DNA from: a virus
Taxonomy: Duplodnaviria > Heunggongvirae > Uroviricota > Caudoviricetes
IMG/VR virus record: IMGVR_UViG_2799112330_000002
Span: 32,001 to 96,000 of that record
Strand: one strand, 5' to 3'
DNA length: 64,000 nt
Part shown: piece after piece, positions 20,134 to 29,607 of the stretch
Numbering within the stretch: the first letter of the stretch is position 1
Layout: each line of letters opens with the position of its first letter
Translations under genes and position numbers: made by a program
Notes under the pieces: generated by a model
Databases searched by the model: none
Told to the model about the DNA's origin: nothing
Seen by the model: only the letters and a program-made list of their open reading frames with translations

Positions 20134-20943
20134 ATAAAGTAATAATATATATGAAGAAATTAAGTACATTTATAACGGAGAAGTTTAGGATATCAAAAGA
20201 CAATCTTAAAGAACTAACATATAATTATTATCCAAAGACAAGATCTGAACTAGAAGATTTAATAGATGAGTTGATTAAAGAAAGAGGTAATGATGCTAAT
20301 CTAAATGATATAGATACTTCTGAAATTACTGATATGGCACAGTTATTTTATTATCGTAGTTTTAATGGAGATATATCTAAATGGGATGTAAGCAATGTTA
20401 AAGATATGAGTGGATTGTTTAGAGATTCTCAATTTAATGGAGACATATCTAGTTGGGATGTACATAATGTTGAAAATATGCGTTATATGTTTGCTGACAC
20501 TATTTTTAATGGGGATATATCTAATTGGAACGTAAGTAATGTTAACAATATGTATGGTATGTTTATTGATTCCAAATTTAATGGAGATATCTCTCAATGG
20601 GATGTAAGTAATGTTACACTTATGAGAGCTATGTTTATGGATTCTCAATTCAACGGAGATATATCTAAATGGAATGTAAGTAAAGTTGAAAATATGATAA
20701 ATATGTTTAAATGTTCTAAATTTAATGGAGATATATCTGATTGGGATGTAAGTAATGTCAAAAAGATGTCATGGATGTTTGAAGGATCGAAATTTAATGG
20801 AGATATATCTAAATGGGATGTAAGTAATGTTAAAGATATGAGTGGTATGTTTAAAGATTGTTCATTAAAAAAGAACCTGCCAGCATGGTATTTTGCGTGG
20901 TTATAAAGAATAAATAAAGTAATAATATATATGAAGAAATTAA
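20122..20943 (+). repeat. 42-bp identical direct repeat (20122-20163, 20902-20943) flanking gene 20151
   Basis: TATAAAGAATAAATAAAGTAATAATATATATGAAGAAATTAA twice. Confidence 0.85.
20151..20906 (+). CDS. DUF285/BspA-like repeat protein with leader (7 repeats)
   Basis: MKKLSTFITEKFRISKDNL; FNGDIS repeats. Confidence 0.85.
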   Translation: MKKLSTFITEKFRISKDNLKELTYNYYPKTRSELEDLIDELIKERGNDANLNDIDTSEITDMAQLFYYRSFNGDISKWDVSNVKDMSGLFRDSQFNGDISSWDVHNVENMRYMFADTIFNGDISNWNVSNVNNMYGMFIDSKFNGDISQWDVSNVTLMRAMFMDSQFNGDISKWNVSKVENMINMFKCSKFNGDISDWDVSNVKKMSWMFEGSKFNGDISKWDVSNVKDMSGMFKDCSLKKNLPAWYFAWL

Positions 20944-21704
20944 ATCAGTTCATTATAGAAAAATTCAGGCTATCAAAAGATAATCTTATACGCAAGTATA
21001 ACTATCATCCTAAGACAAGAGATGAACTAAAAGATTTAATAGATGATTTAATTAAGGAAAGAGGTAATGAGGCTGATCTAAATGATATAGATACTTCTGT
21101 AATTACTGATATGTCTTTTTTATTTATGAATTCTAAATTCACCGGAAATATTTCTGAATGGGATGTAAGTAATGTTAAGGATATGCAATTTATGTTTGCT
21201 TATTCTGAATTTAATGAGGATATCTCTAATTGGGATGTAAATAAGGTTGAACATATGCAATGTATGTTTAAAAATTCTGTATTTAATGAGGATATATCTA
21301 AATGGGATGTAAGTAAAGTTGAAAACATGAGAGGTATGTTTAAAGATTCTGTATTTAATGGAGATATATCTAATTGGGATGTAAGTAATGTTAAAGATAT
21401 GCAATCAATGTTTTCACATTCTGAATTCAATGGAGATATCTCAAAATGGGATGTAAGTAATGTTAAAGATATGCCATGGATGTTTAAAAATTCTGTATTT
21501 AATGGGGATATATCTAATTGGAATGTAAGTAATGTTGAAGATATGTCATGGGTGTTTCAAGGATCTAAATTTAATGGAGACATATCTTTATGGGACGTTA
21601 GTAATGTTAAAAGTATGAGATCTATGTTTGTTAGTAATGTTAAACATGTGGATTATATATTTAATAATTGCCCATTAGAAGATAATCCACCAGCATGGTA
21701 TTAA
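20931..21704 (+). CDS. DUF285/BspA-like repeat protein with leader (7 repeats)
   Basis: MKKLNQFIIEKFRLSKDNL; FN[GE]DIS repeats. Confidence 0.85.
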   Translation: MKKLNQFIIEKFRLSKDNLIRKYNYHPKTRDELKDLIDDLIKERGNEADLNDIDTSVITDMSFLFMNSKFTGNISEWDVSNVKDMQFMFAYSEFNEDISNWDVNKVEHMQCMFKNSVFNEDISKWDVSKVENMRGMFKDSVFNGDISNWDVSNVKDMQSMFSHSEFNGDISKWDVSNVKDMPWMFKNSVFNGDISNWNVSNVEDMSWVFQGSKFNGDISLWDVSNVKSMRSMFVSNVKHVDYIFNNCPLEDNPPAWY

Positions 21705-21740
21705 AAAATAAAGAATATAATAATATAATAATTAAACAAT

Positions 21741-22193
21741 ATGAAGAAACTTAATCAGTTCATTATAGAGAAATTCAGGTTATCAAAAGACAATTTGAAT
21801 AAACAACAAAGAGATTTATCAAATACTGATATCTCTAAGGTAAAGCAATTAATGCGTTTTAAAACTCCTCGAGAAGAAAATATGAATTGGGTCAAAATGG
21901 AACAATATTTTAATAAAAAGTCTAATCCACAAAGATTAGTAAACAGTATTAAAGATGATAGAAAACTATTGTTTCGTTGGTATATTTGTGTATATAATGG
22001 ATATTCTGATTATTATCCAACATTTAGAGAAGCCATTGTTGAAAGAGATATATGTAATGAAGATCAATTAGATGCATATATATTATTTAAGTATAATTCA
22101 ACATACGGAGGAAATTCGACATATACAAAAAGTATTAGAGAACGTCTTGAAGAATATTTAGATACCTATGATGTAAAATATGATAAAAAATAA
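21741..22193 (+). CDS. leader-bearing putative internal head protein, non-DUF285 body
   Basis: MKKLNQFIIEKFRLSKDNL followed by unrelated sequence. Confidence 0.75.
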   Translation: MKKLNQFIIEKFRLSKDNLNKQQRDLSNTDISKVKQLMRFKTPREENMNWVKMEQYFNKKSNPQRLVNSIKDDRKLLFRWYICVYNGYSDYYPTFREAIVERDICNEDQLDAYILFKYNSTYGGNSTYTKSIRERLEEYLDTYDVKYDKK

Positions 22194-22196
22194 AAA

Positions 22197-22700
22197 ATGA
22201 AGAAATTAAGTCGGTTCATTACAGAGAAATTCAGGTTATCAAAAGATAATCTAAAAGATATATGTCTATATGATGAATCAATAATAGACATTACTATTGA
22301 TAACTTTAGGCAATTAGTTGATGTTTTAGAAGAGTATTTTAAGTCATCTGATAAATATAAAATAACAGCGGCATTACCAAAGACTCAGCAAAGACAAATT
22401 AATGGTCCAAATCTAATTATATATGCTAATAATTGCGCATTTATAGATATTAAAGACTTGGAAAAGGATTTTATAATTGCTAGACTAATTGTTATTGTTA
22501 ATTATAGAAAGGGTGCTTATTTTCAAGCTTGGATAGTTGGTAAAGAACCAAATGATAAAGGAATAACTGAAACTCTAATTATGGCGCCTGAGCATCAATT
22601 TGAGTTTGGACATAATTTTAGAGATTGGCTTATGACAATTAATAATAGTAAGTTAAAAGACAAATATAAAAACATATTGAATTTATTTTTCCAAACATAA
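22197..22700 (+). CDS. leader-bearing putative internal head protein, non-DUF285 body
   Basis: MKKLSRFITEKFRLSKDNL followed by unrelated sequence. Confidence 0.75.
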   Translation: MKKLSRFITEKFRLSKDNLKDICLYDESIIDITIDNFRQLVDVLEEYFKSSDKYKITAALPKTQQRQINGPNLIIYANNCAFIDIKDLEKDFIIARLIVIVNYRKGAYFQAWIVGKEPNDKGITETLIMAPEHQFEFGHNFRDWLMTINNSKLKDKYKNILNLFFQT

Positions 22701-22703
22701 TAA

Positions 22704-22731
22704 AAAAGAGGAATCTTAAGATTCCTCTTTT
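22704..22731. terminator. bidirectional terminator, perfect 28-bp palindrome centred on CTTAAG
   Basis: AAAAGAGGAATCTTAAGATTCCTCTTTT. Confidence 0.8.
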
Positions 22732-22739
22732 ATTTTGTT

Positions 22740-23117
22740 TTATTCTTCTTCTTTCTTTACCTTTTCTTCAAGATCTTCTTGATTTTCTAATTCATCTTGA
22801 TAGTCAAATAGTTCTCCTAAAGTAACTTCAAGTTTTTTAGTTTTTTGAGCATATTGCTCATTAGAAGAATTCTTTTGTTGTTTTCTTATTGATTGTATAG
22901 CTTGTTGAAGAATTTCAGTATCTGTTTCTTTGTCTTTGCATATAGTAACAGTTACCTTATTACCATCAATAGCATAGTTTTCTTTTCCTTCGAATGACTT
23001 TACTGTTTCTTCTCCATTTTCTATATCAGTAAAATCAAATGTAAATGTTTTAGAATCAGTACATTCAGCAGCTTCGCTAACATTAGATTCAATAAGATAT
23101 TCTTTTAAACTTCTCAT
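22740..23117 (-). CDS. leader-bearing acidic putative internal head protein
   Basis: MRSLKEYLIE. Confidence 0.7.
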   Translation of the reverse strand: MRSLKEYLIESNVSEAAECTDSKTFTFDFTDIENGEETVKSFEGKENYAIDGNKVTVTICKDKETDTEILQQAIQSIRKQQKNSSNEQYAQKTKKLEVTLGELFDYQDELENQEDLEEKVKKEEE

Positions 23118-23123
23118 AAATTT

Positions 23124-23786
23124 TTATTGTTTATATTTATTATAATATTTTTTAATTCCTTCTACATGAATATTGATTATATCATTAAGACCAGAACTAC
23201 TTAATAGATAGTCAACATCTAATCTATTGTCCATAAACATGTTTTCCGTCAATACAGCAGGACAATTAGATCCCTTTGTTATTTGAAAACCAGCTTCCCA
23301 GTCTTTGTCTCCATCTGAAAAATCTGTTCTAATTGGTTTTTGCGACTGATGACCTTTGAATGTATTAATAAAGTCTTTGTTAGAATATAATACTTGTTCA
23401 GCCACTTCATAAAGACAATCAGCAAATTTATCTGAATTGTTTTGTCCTCTTGTTGTCCAAGCTGACCATCCTCTTGCATTCATCCATCCGCCATTACCTG
23501 CGGCATTTACATGAACAGACAACATTATACAATTTTTTGTTCCATATTTTGTACAATAATTATTGATTCTTTTGACTCTAGAGCCTAATGGTACATCATA
23601 TTCTTCTGGTGTGATCATTATTATTTCTATATCCTTATTGTCTTCAAATCTTGCTTTTATTCCAGCAGTTACTTCTCTACAATATTCCCATTCATAGAAT
23701 CTTGTACCATCCTGTAATAATGGGCTTCTTTTGCCTGGTGTATTATTGCCATGACCATTGTCTAACAATACATATAGTTTACTCAT
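23124..23786 (-). CDS. N-acetylmuramoyl-L-alanine amidase (Amidase_3), endolysin candidate
   Basis: LDNGHG, FYEWE, SVHVNA, PAVLTENMFMDN. Confidence 0.92.
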   Translation of the reverse strand: MSKLYVLLDNGHGNNTPGKRSPLLQDGTRFYEWEYCREVTAGIKARFEDNKDIEIIMITPEEYDVPLGSRVKRINNYCTKYGTKNCIMLSVHVNAAGNGGWMNARGWSAWTTRGQNNSDKFADCLYEVAEQVLYSNKDFINTFKGHQSQKPIRTDFSDGDKDWEAGFQITKGSNCPAVLTENMFMDNRLDVDYLLSSSGLNDIINIHVEGIKKYYNKYKQ

Positions 23787-23791
23787 AATAG

Positions 23792-25030
23792 TTAGAACTG
23801 AAGTTTTGGGAACAATTCACCAAATGCTTCTCCATATATCTTTATCTTATTTGTGTTTTCATCTATCTTACAGTTAAGTACATAGTCTAAAATTTTCAAG
23901 AAATCATTAAGCTTCTTATATTCTGCTGGACTATTTGTAAGATTTGCATTATTACCACAACCACAGAATCTTTGAGATACACTGCTGAAATCAAGATTGT
24001 AGTCTAATGCCATGAATTCTTTCAAGAACAATTGTAATGCTTCTATAAGTAGTTCATTTGGAACATATTCATTTTCAGTTAATTGTATCATAAACCAGTC
24101 TTCATAGAACTCAGGATCACCAAACATTTGTTGAGCATATAATAGCATCGCTTGCTGATATTGGTCTATACAAGGAGAATTGAATGATGTTGAAGTTCCA
24201 GTTGTACATCCACAATTTTGAGGATCTAATGTAGGCATAGTAGTGAAAGTATATTGACCATTCATTATTGTACTTAATATAATAGATGCTTCATCAACTT
24301 TTCCTTTCGCAAAATAGTTCAATACAATGTCATAGATCTGGTTCTTTGCTTTATTAGCAATTTCTGGGTGATCTTTTATTGTAGTGTAATTCAATATGAT
24401 CTGTGCAAAAGTTTGGAAGAAATTATTTAGTTCTTCTTCTGAATATGTATTTTCTAATAGTTTGTTTCTGTTATTGAAGAAATCTAAGTTAGTATAGTCC
24501 TTGATGAACTCATTAGAAAGATCTTCAAAATATACAGTCAACTTACCCTTATCATCAATATAGTCAGGTAGTTTTATTGTTGAATAGTCAAAGTCTTCAT
24601 CAGCAATAATGAGATTTGTATTCATTAGATAATTGAACAATGTAGAGTTAAGATAGTAGTCTACACCAGGACGGAATCCCTCTATACCAGTACTATATAT
24701 CTCGTTGTCTTTTGCTGACTTCAATATGAATTCTTGAAACTTTGACTGATCAGACATAAAGTTGTCAGTTATCATTATATATAGTCTTGGTATGTCTATG
24801 ACTGTTGTTTCATTTAATGAGTTTTCCAATAGAATTCCAAACATATTATTTGTCTCTAATGAAAGGAATATACCATCTGATGATTCTGTCAATAAATAGT
24901 TCTCAAAGAAATAGTCAATGCCCCATACATTATAGTTGATAGCATAATGACATCTAAGGCTTTCAGGAATCAATTCATGATCTGAGAACTTTATGATATT
25001 TGGCTGTATATGTCTATAGAAAGTATTCAC
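23792..25030 (-). CDS. hypothetical protein, probably structural
   Basis: 412-aa ORF, GTG start, late motif at 25055-25064 (minus strand). Confidence 0.65.
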   Translation of the reverse strand: MNTFYRHIQPNIIKFSDHELIPESLRCHYAINYNVWGIDYFFENYLLTESSDGIFLSLETNNMFGILLENSLNETTVIDIPRLYIMITDNFMSDQSKFQEFILKSAKDNEIYSTGIEGFRPGVDYYLNSTLFNYLMNTNLIIADEDFDYSTIKLPDYIDDKGKLTVYFEDLSNEFIKDYTNLDFFNNRNKLLENTYSEEELNNFFQTFAQIILNYTTIKDHPEIANKAKNQIYDIVLNYFAKGKVDEASIILSTIMNGQYTFTTMPTLDPQNCGCTTGTSTSFNSPCIDQYQQAMLLYAQQMFGDPEFYEDWFMIQLTENEYVPNELLIEALQLFLKEFMALDYNLDFSSVSQRFCGCGNNANLTNSPAEYKKLNDFLKILDYVLNCKIDENTNKIKIYGEAFGELFPKLQF

Positions 25031-25148
25031 TGTTCTTAAAATATATTTAATTTAATAAAAATAAAAACTATTCAATCAATACTAAAATTTGTACCAAAAA
25101 ATTATTTTTAATTAAATTAAATAATATATTATTGAGGCGAATATAAAA

Positions 25149-25739
25149 ATGAAAAAGAGTGATGTATATTCTTATATTGTATCATCAATAGACATAATAG
25201 ACAAGAAGGTGAATGTACAAGAAAAAAATGTTGTCAGTCTCTTTTCTTATCTATATAATTATAATGTATTACTTGAGAATAATATAACTGATCTGAATCT
25301 AAATATTGCTAAATATGAAAGTCAGTTGTCAAAATATCAAAATGAAATTGATAAATATAATGCATCAATAAAAGAGTATCAAAAGGAAATAAAAGAACTT
25401 AAGGATGCTAATAATGACTATGAAAAGAAAATGACAAAGATGACAAGTGACATCAATGCATTCAAAAAGGATGTATCAAAGACATTGTCTAAGAAGATCA
25501 ATAATATTGTAATCAATGAGATACATGAGGAATATAATATATCAAAATGGTTTCATAAGCAATGGGATAAGATAAAAAACTTTTTCAATACTCAATATGA
25601 TAAAATATATAAGATAATCAATAGAAAGAAGATAGAGCAAGAAATAGAAGAACAAAAGCAAAAAGAACTTAAAGAGGCGGAAGAGAAAAGACAAGAAAAA
25701 CTAAAAGCAATCAAAAATATACTTCAGAACCAGAAATAA
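25149..25739 (+). CDS. coiled-coil hypothetical protein
   Basis: heptad K/E-rich; late motif at 25102. Confidence 0.65.
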   Translation: MKKSDVYSYIVSSIDIIDKKVNVQEKNVVSLFSYLYNYNVLLENNITDLNLNIAKYESQLSKYQNEIDKYNASIKEYQKEIKELKDANNDYEKKMTKMTSDINAFKKDVSKTLSKKINNIVINEIHEEYNISKWFHKQWDKIKNFFNTQYDKIYKIINRKKIEQEIEEQKQKELKEAEEKRQEKLKAIKNILQNQK

Positions 25740-25742
25740 GAA

Positions 25743-25988
25743 ATGGACATAAAACAAAGCTTAACATATATGAATGATACGTATGAAAATATTGATAAGT
25801 ATACTCATACTGGCTTCAATAACTACAATTACTATCAAGATGGTATATTACGTAAATGTATGCCAAAAGTATTGTTTAAGGGAAATTCTATTCTGGTAAC
25901 ATTCTTGCAGCTTATAGATCTAAAATTGATTCTTATAATGAAGTATATAGATAGACTAAAAAGATTCAAATATATTTCTTGGTATTAA
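25743..25988 (+). CDS. small hypothetical protein, possibly baseplate
   Basis: 81-aa ORF in tightly packed operon. Confidence 0.6.
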   Translation: MDIKQSLTYMNDTYENIDKYTHTGFNNYNYYQDGILRKCMPKVLFKGNSILVTFLQLIDLKLILIMKYIDRLKRFKYISWY

Positions 25989-25994
25989 TATTCC

Positions 25995-28214
25995 ATGAAA
26001 AATTTTCCAAGTACGTTAATAAAGCAGGAAACAACAAAAAACTTATTGGGCAACAATATAAGAGAAGGTGTGACAAACATTGCTAAGCTAGCAGCTAGAT
26101 CATTGTTTGCAAATACTTTTGGGCTTGGAAACTACAATGAGTTTGCAATCAATAAAGCTTTTGATGAAGGATACGAAATATCTGACTATGCATCATTAGC
26201 AAGCGAAAGCAATATATTCACTAATAATGTATACAGTAAGACAAGAATATCAAAAGCAACAATCAATGATGGATATGATATCTTCACAAACAATCTATTT
26301 GGATGGAAAGAGCATTATCATTATGAAGACCCATTCAAGATTGGTGCTAATGTAGCTGCTGTTGTCAATAACTATAAATATACTTTTACTAATGCTATTC
26401 CTGAACAACTTGAAAGCGTTGCTATGGATGCAAGTAATGTGAATGATGAGGGAGAAGGTGCTGGTGAAGGGCATATGACAATACTTGAAAGTATCAATGT
26501 TCCTTCATTATTCAATCCCTATGCATCTATTAATGTTATTGGAATTACAGAAAACATTCCATTGATAAATGATTCTTCTGTTGATGCTAGTGTATTGAAT
26601 GAGCAATTAGGTAGTAGTATAGGAGAAGACAATTTAGATAATTTTGTACAAAGTGGCGGAATGAAAAAAGGAGCTAATGAGACCGAATCACTTACTCTTA
26701 ATACCCAAGTTGCATCTAAAGATCCAACAATTGGTGATTGTTCTATTACTGCATTAGTAAATGAATCTAATAAAGCTGGTGGAGGTTGTCTTGGTTTAGC
26801 CACTTATAGATATGCTGATTTCATGTACTGTAAAGATGTAGGTAAGATACCAAACAACAGATTGATAACATTAAGAAGATTCCCTGGCCCAATTGGAGAC
26901 AACATATTCAGATCAGCGCATCCTAAAGCTGGTAGTAAGAAAAATCCTGCTCGTGCATATCAAGACATTGGAAGATTGATAACATGGTTTGACAATGATG
27001 ACAATAAGTTAGAAGATATATGCAGATATAATTATAGAGCTACATGGAAGCCAATGACGGCTGAAATTGACAAAAGACCATCGGAACAAAGAGATGATGG
27101 CGCACTAGATAGAATTGCTAATTTCTTAAGCCCTGGAAACAATATACTTGTAGGACAGGGATTTAGTGGGCATACTGGACTATTAAGTTCTGTTCTTGGT
27201 AAGATTAATGTTTTTGATATACCTATGGATAAGATGAATCAGCCATATTATAGTAATGTTTTTCTTTCAAACTATGACAAGCATAGAATATATGAACCGC
27301 CTAATAGAGTATGGGATACACATAAATATGAAGGAAAATTAGAATTCTCACAAGAAATATCTTTGACATTCAGATATTCATTACGTAGTTATGCAAATAT
27401 CAATCCAAAGAGTGCATTCTTAGATCTTATTGGAAATATTCAAGCAGTTACATATAGAAAGGGATCATTCTGGGGTGGTGAGAATTCAGTATATGGCCCA
27501 TCTGGAAATGTTTCTGTATATAATAAAGCTAATGCATGGATAGATAATGCTTTTGATAAAGTGGGAGGATTCTGGCATGCCTTTTCTGAAGGAAGTATTG
27601 ATGTTCATGCTTTACAAGAATGGATAAATAATGCTATTGAAGGTGCTAAACAAGTATTGAACAAAGGTATGGAAAAGGCTAGTGATGTAATAAATGACCC
27701 TAGTCAAGCCGTTGAAGACACAAAAACAAAAGTTCAAGAAGTATTACCGGGTATTGCTGGTAAAGTAGAAAAGTGGAATTCAAAATACCACTGGACAGAT
27801 GCGTTGAAAGGTATGATAAAGAACCAATTAGGACGTCCTGCTATGTATGCATTCAACTCATTATTGACAGGTGAAGCTGTTGGTCCTTGGCATTTGACAA
27901 TAGGTAATCCAAAGAATCCTATATTAGTAATGGGAAATATGATAATGGAAGATGCAGAGACAACTCATTCTGGTCCATTAGGCATTGATGACTTCCCAAC
28001 AGAGATAAAGGTAACAGTAAAGCTTAAGCATGGTAAATCAAGAGATTCTGTAGACATTCAAAAGATGTATACTAAGGGTATTAGCAGTATCTATCATTCA
28101 ATGAAGTTTGTTAAGTCTCAGAACTACTGGTTCAATGAAGCAGCATTTGGAGATGTAAAAGATGTATTGACACATGATCCTATGCTATTGAGAAAAGCAT
28201 TGTCATTCATCTAA
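25995..28214 (+). CDS. putative baseplate/tail-tube-initiator structural protein
   Basis: 739 aa; IPNNRLITLRRFP, ISLTFRYSLR, WHLTIGNP.NP, DDFPTEIKVTVKL resemble jumbo-phage tube-fold baseplate proteins. Confidence 0.55.
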   Translation: MKNFPSTLIKQETTKNLLGNNIREGVTNIAKLAARSLFANTFGLGNYNEFAINKAFDEGYEISDYASLASESNIFTNNVYSKTRISKATINDGYDIFTNNLFGWKEHYHYEDPFKIGANVAAVVNNYKYTFTNAIPEQLESVAMDASNVNDEGEGAGEGHMTILESINVPSLFNPYASINVIGITENIPLINDSSVDASVLNEQLGSSIGEDNLDNFVQSGGMKKGANETESLTLNTQVASKDPTIGDCSITALVNESNKAGGGCLGLATYRYADFMYCKDVGKIPNNRLITLRRFPGPIGDNIFRSAHPKAGSKKNPARAYQDIGRLITWFDNDDNKLEDICRYNYRATWKPMTAEIDKRPSEQRDDGALDRIANFLSPGNNILVGQGFSGHTGLLSSVLGKINVFDIPMDKMNQPYYSNVFLSNYDKHRIYEPPNRVWDTHKYEGKLEFSQEISLTFRYSLRSYANINPKSAFLDLIGNIQAVTYRKGSFWGGENSVYGPSGNVSVYNKANAWIDNAFDKVGGFWHAFSEGSIDVHALQEWINNAIEGAKQVLNKGMEKASDVINDPSQAVEDTKTKVQEVLPGIAGKVEKWNSKYHWTDALKGMIKNQLGRPAMYAFNSLLTGEAVGPWHLTIGNPKNPILVMGNMIMEDAETTHSGPLGIDDFPTEIKVTVKLKHGKSRDSVDIQKMYTKGISSIYHSMKFVKSQNYWFNEAAFGDVKDVLTHDPMLLRKALSFI

Positions 28215-28238
28215 ATAAATTAAAGAATTATATATTAT

Positions 28239-28994
28239 ATGGAGATCACAGATAAAGCTGAAGTTTCACCTTATGATGAAACTATAGAAAAATATGCTAA
28301 GCTTAGATTAGATCTAATAAAAGAATGCTATGAATCTTTAGGTATGGATCTATTAGATACAGATAATCAGATTCTATATAAGAACTATTTGATGAATGAT
28401 GCTCAAATGTTTGGTGGTGGTGCTGGCTGTGATTTAGGCGATACAAATGTTAGTGGTATACCAAAGATGACAGCTAATGCAGAAAAGAATAAAGCTGCAT
28501 GGAGAGCAGCATTAGCTAAATTTAGCGGTGTAATGGGTCTTAATAAAGTTGGGCAAGTTGTTATAGAAGCTAATGTGATTGTTGAATCTGGTAACTATAA
28601 CTTCTTTTCCGAAATCGGACAAGGGCGTGGTAAAGCTTATGGAAAACCGGCTGGTCCTTATGGACAGATATATTATGGGCGAGGTCCTATTCAAGTAACA
28701 TGGTATGATGGCTATAAGCGAATATATGAGAAGTTCTTCATACCAAATGGATTAGGACAATATGATATTGTAAGAAATCCTGACTTAGGAACAGATCCAA
28801 CAATCGGAAGTTATATGAGTATTGGATGGTTCATAGTTGTCAATAATAGAGTAGCTATTAAAGCCGCAAATGCTGGTAAGGTAAAAGCTTGTTGTAAAGC
28901 AATTAATGGTGGTTATAACCATCTAAAACAAAGACAAGATGCAGCAATACAATTAGCAGAACAAGCAGGAGTACAAATTTATATTGATGAATAA
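28239..28994 (+). CDS. glycoside hydrolase family 19 (lysozyme/chitinase-like) protein
   Basis: VESG, YYGRGPIQVTW, NPDL, KAINGGYNH..QR. Confidence 0.85.
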   Translation: MEITDKAEVSPYDETIEKYAKLRLDLIKECYESLGMDLLDTDNQILYKNYLMNDAQMFGGGAGCDLGDTNVSGIPKMTANAEKNKAAWRAALAKFSGVMGLNKVGQVVIEANVIVESGNYNFFSEIGQGRGKAYGKPAGPYGQIYYGRGPIQVTWYDGYKRIYEKFFIPNGLGQYDIVRNPDLGTDPTIGSYMSIGWFIVVNNRVAIKAANAGKVKACCKAINGGYNHLKQRQDAAIQLAEQAGVQIYIDE

Positions 28995-28996
28995 AG

Positions 28997-29590
28997 ATGT
29001 CAGAAGATGCTAATAGAATATATACTGATGATACAGGATTAAACTATACTAAACAAAGAACACTTGAAAGTCTTTTTGATTTAGCAAGTGGTGCTGTGTT
29101 TTGTGGTGCTGTAAATGGAAACTGGTTAGCTACCGTAACAAATATGGGTAAATGGTACGAAGCAAATATACATACATATCAAACAGGAACAGATGGTAGA
29201 GCACATGGTAGAAAGGGCTGGTATAGATGTCCAATAACAAATACTAATGTTGCTGATGACTGTTCAGGATTTGTACAAGCTTGTCTATTAGCTTTTGGTG
29301 TGAAATGCCCTCAGATTACAACAGAAAGCATGAATGGAGATGCATTTATGAAACTAATGGAAAGTGCAGGATTTATACATTATACTGGAATATTTAATAA
29401 AAACAATAGTCAACCTGGAGACATACTTTGTGGTAAACCTCGAACTCATACAGAAATCTATGCAGGTGATGGCAAGTCATGGAGCTGGGGAAATATACAT
29501 GATGGCAAAAACGGTAAAAAGGGAATGCCATGCGGTTTTTGCCCTATAGACAGTAAAGGTGGATATATACATTGCTGGAGAAAAAGTTAA
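28997..29590 (+). CDS. NlpC/P60-like peptidoglycan peptidase
   Basis: DDCSGFV, PGDIL, HTEIY. Confidence 0.8.
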   Translation: MSEDANRIYTDDTGLNYTKQRTLESLFDLASGAVFCGAVNGNWLATVTNMGKWYEANIHTYQTGTDGRAHGRKGWYRCPITNTNVADDCSGFVQACLLAFGVKCPQITTESMNGDAFMKLMESAGFIHYTGIFNKNNSQPGDILCGKPRTHTEIYAGDGKSWSWGNIHDGKNGKKGMPCGFCPIDSKGGYIHCWRKS

Positions 29591-29607
29591 ATATATAATT
29601 TGAATGA

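Noticed and set aside
19770-21620. 72-bp periodic repeats as CRISPR or DGR template/variable repeats
   Set aside because: They are in-frame DUF285 units. Variation is not restricted to adenines, and no reverse transcriptase or non-coding template is in the window.
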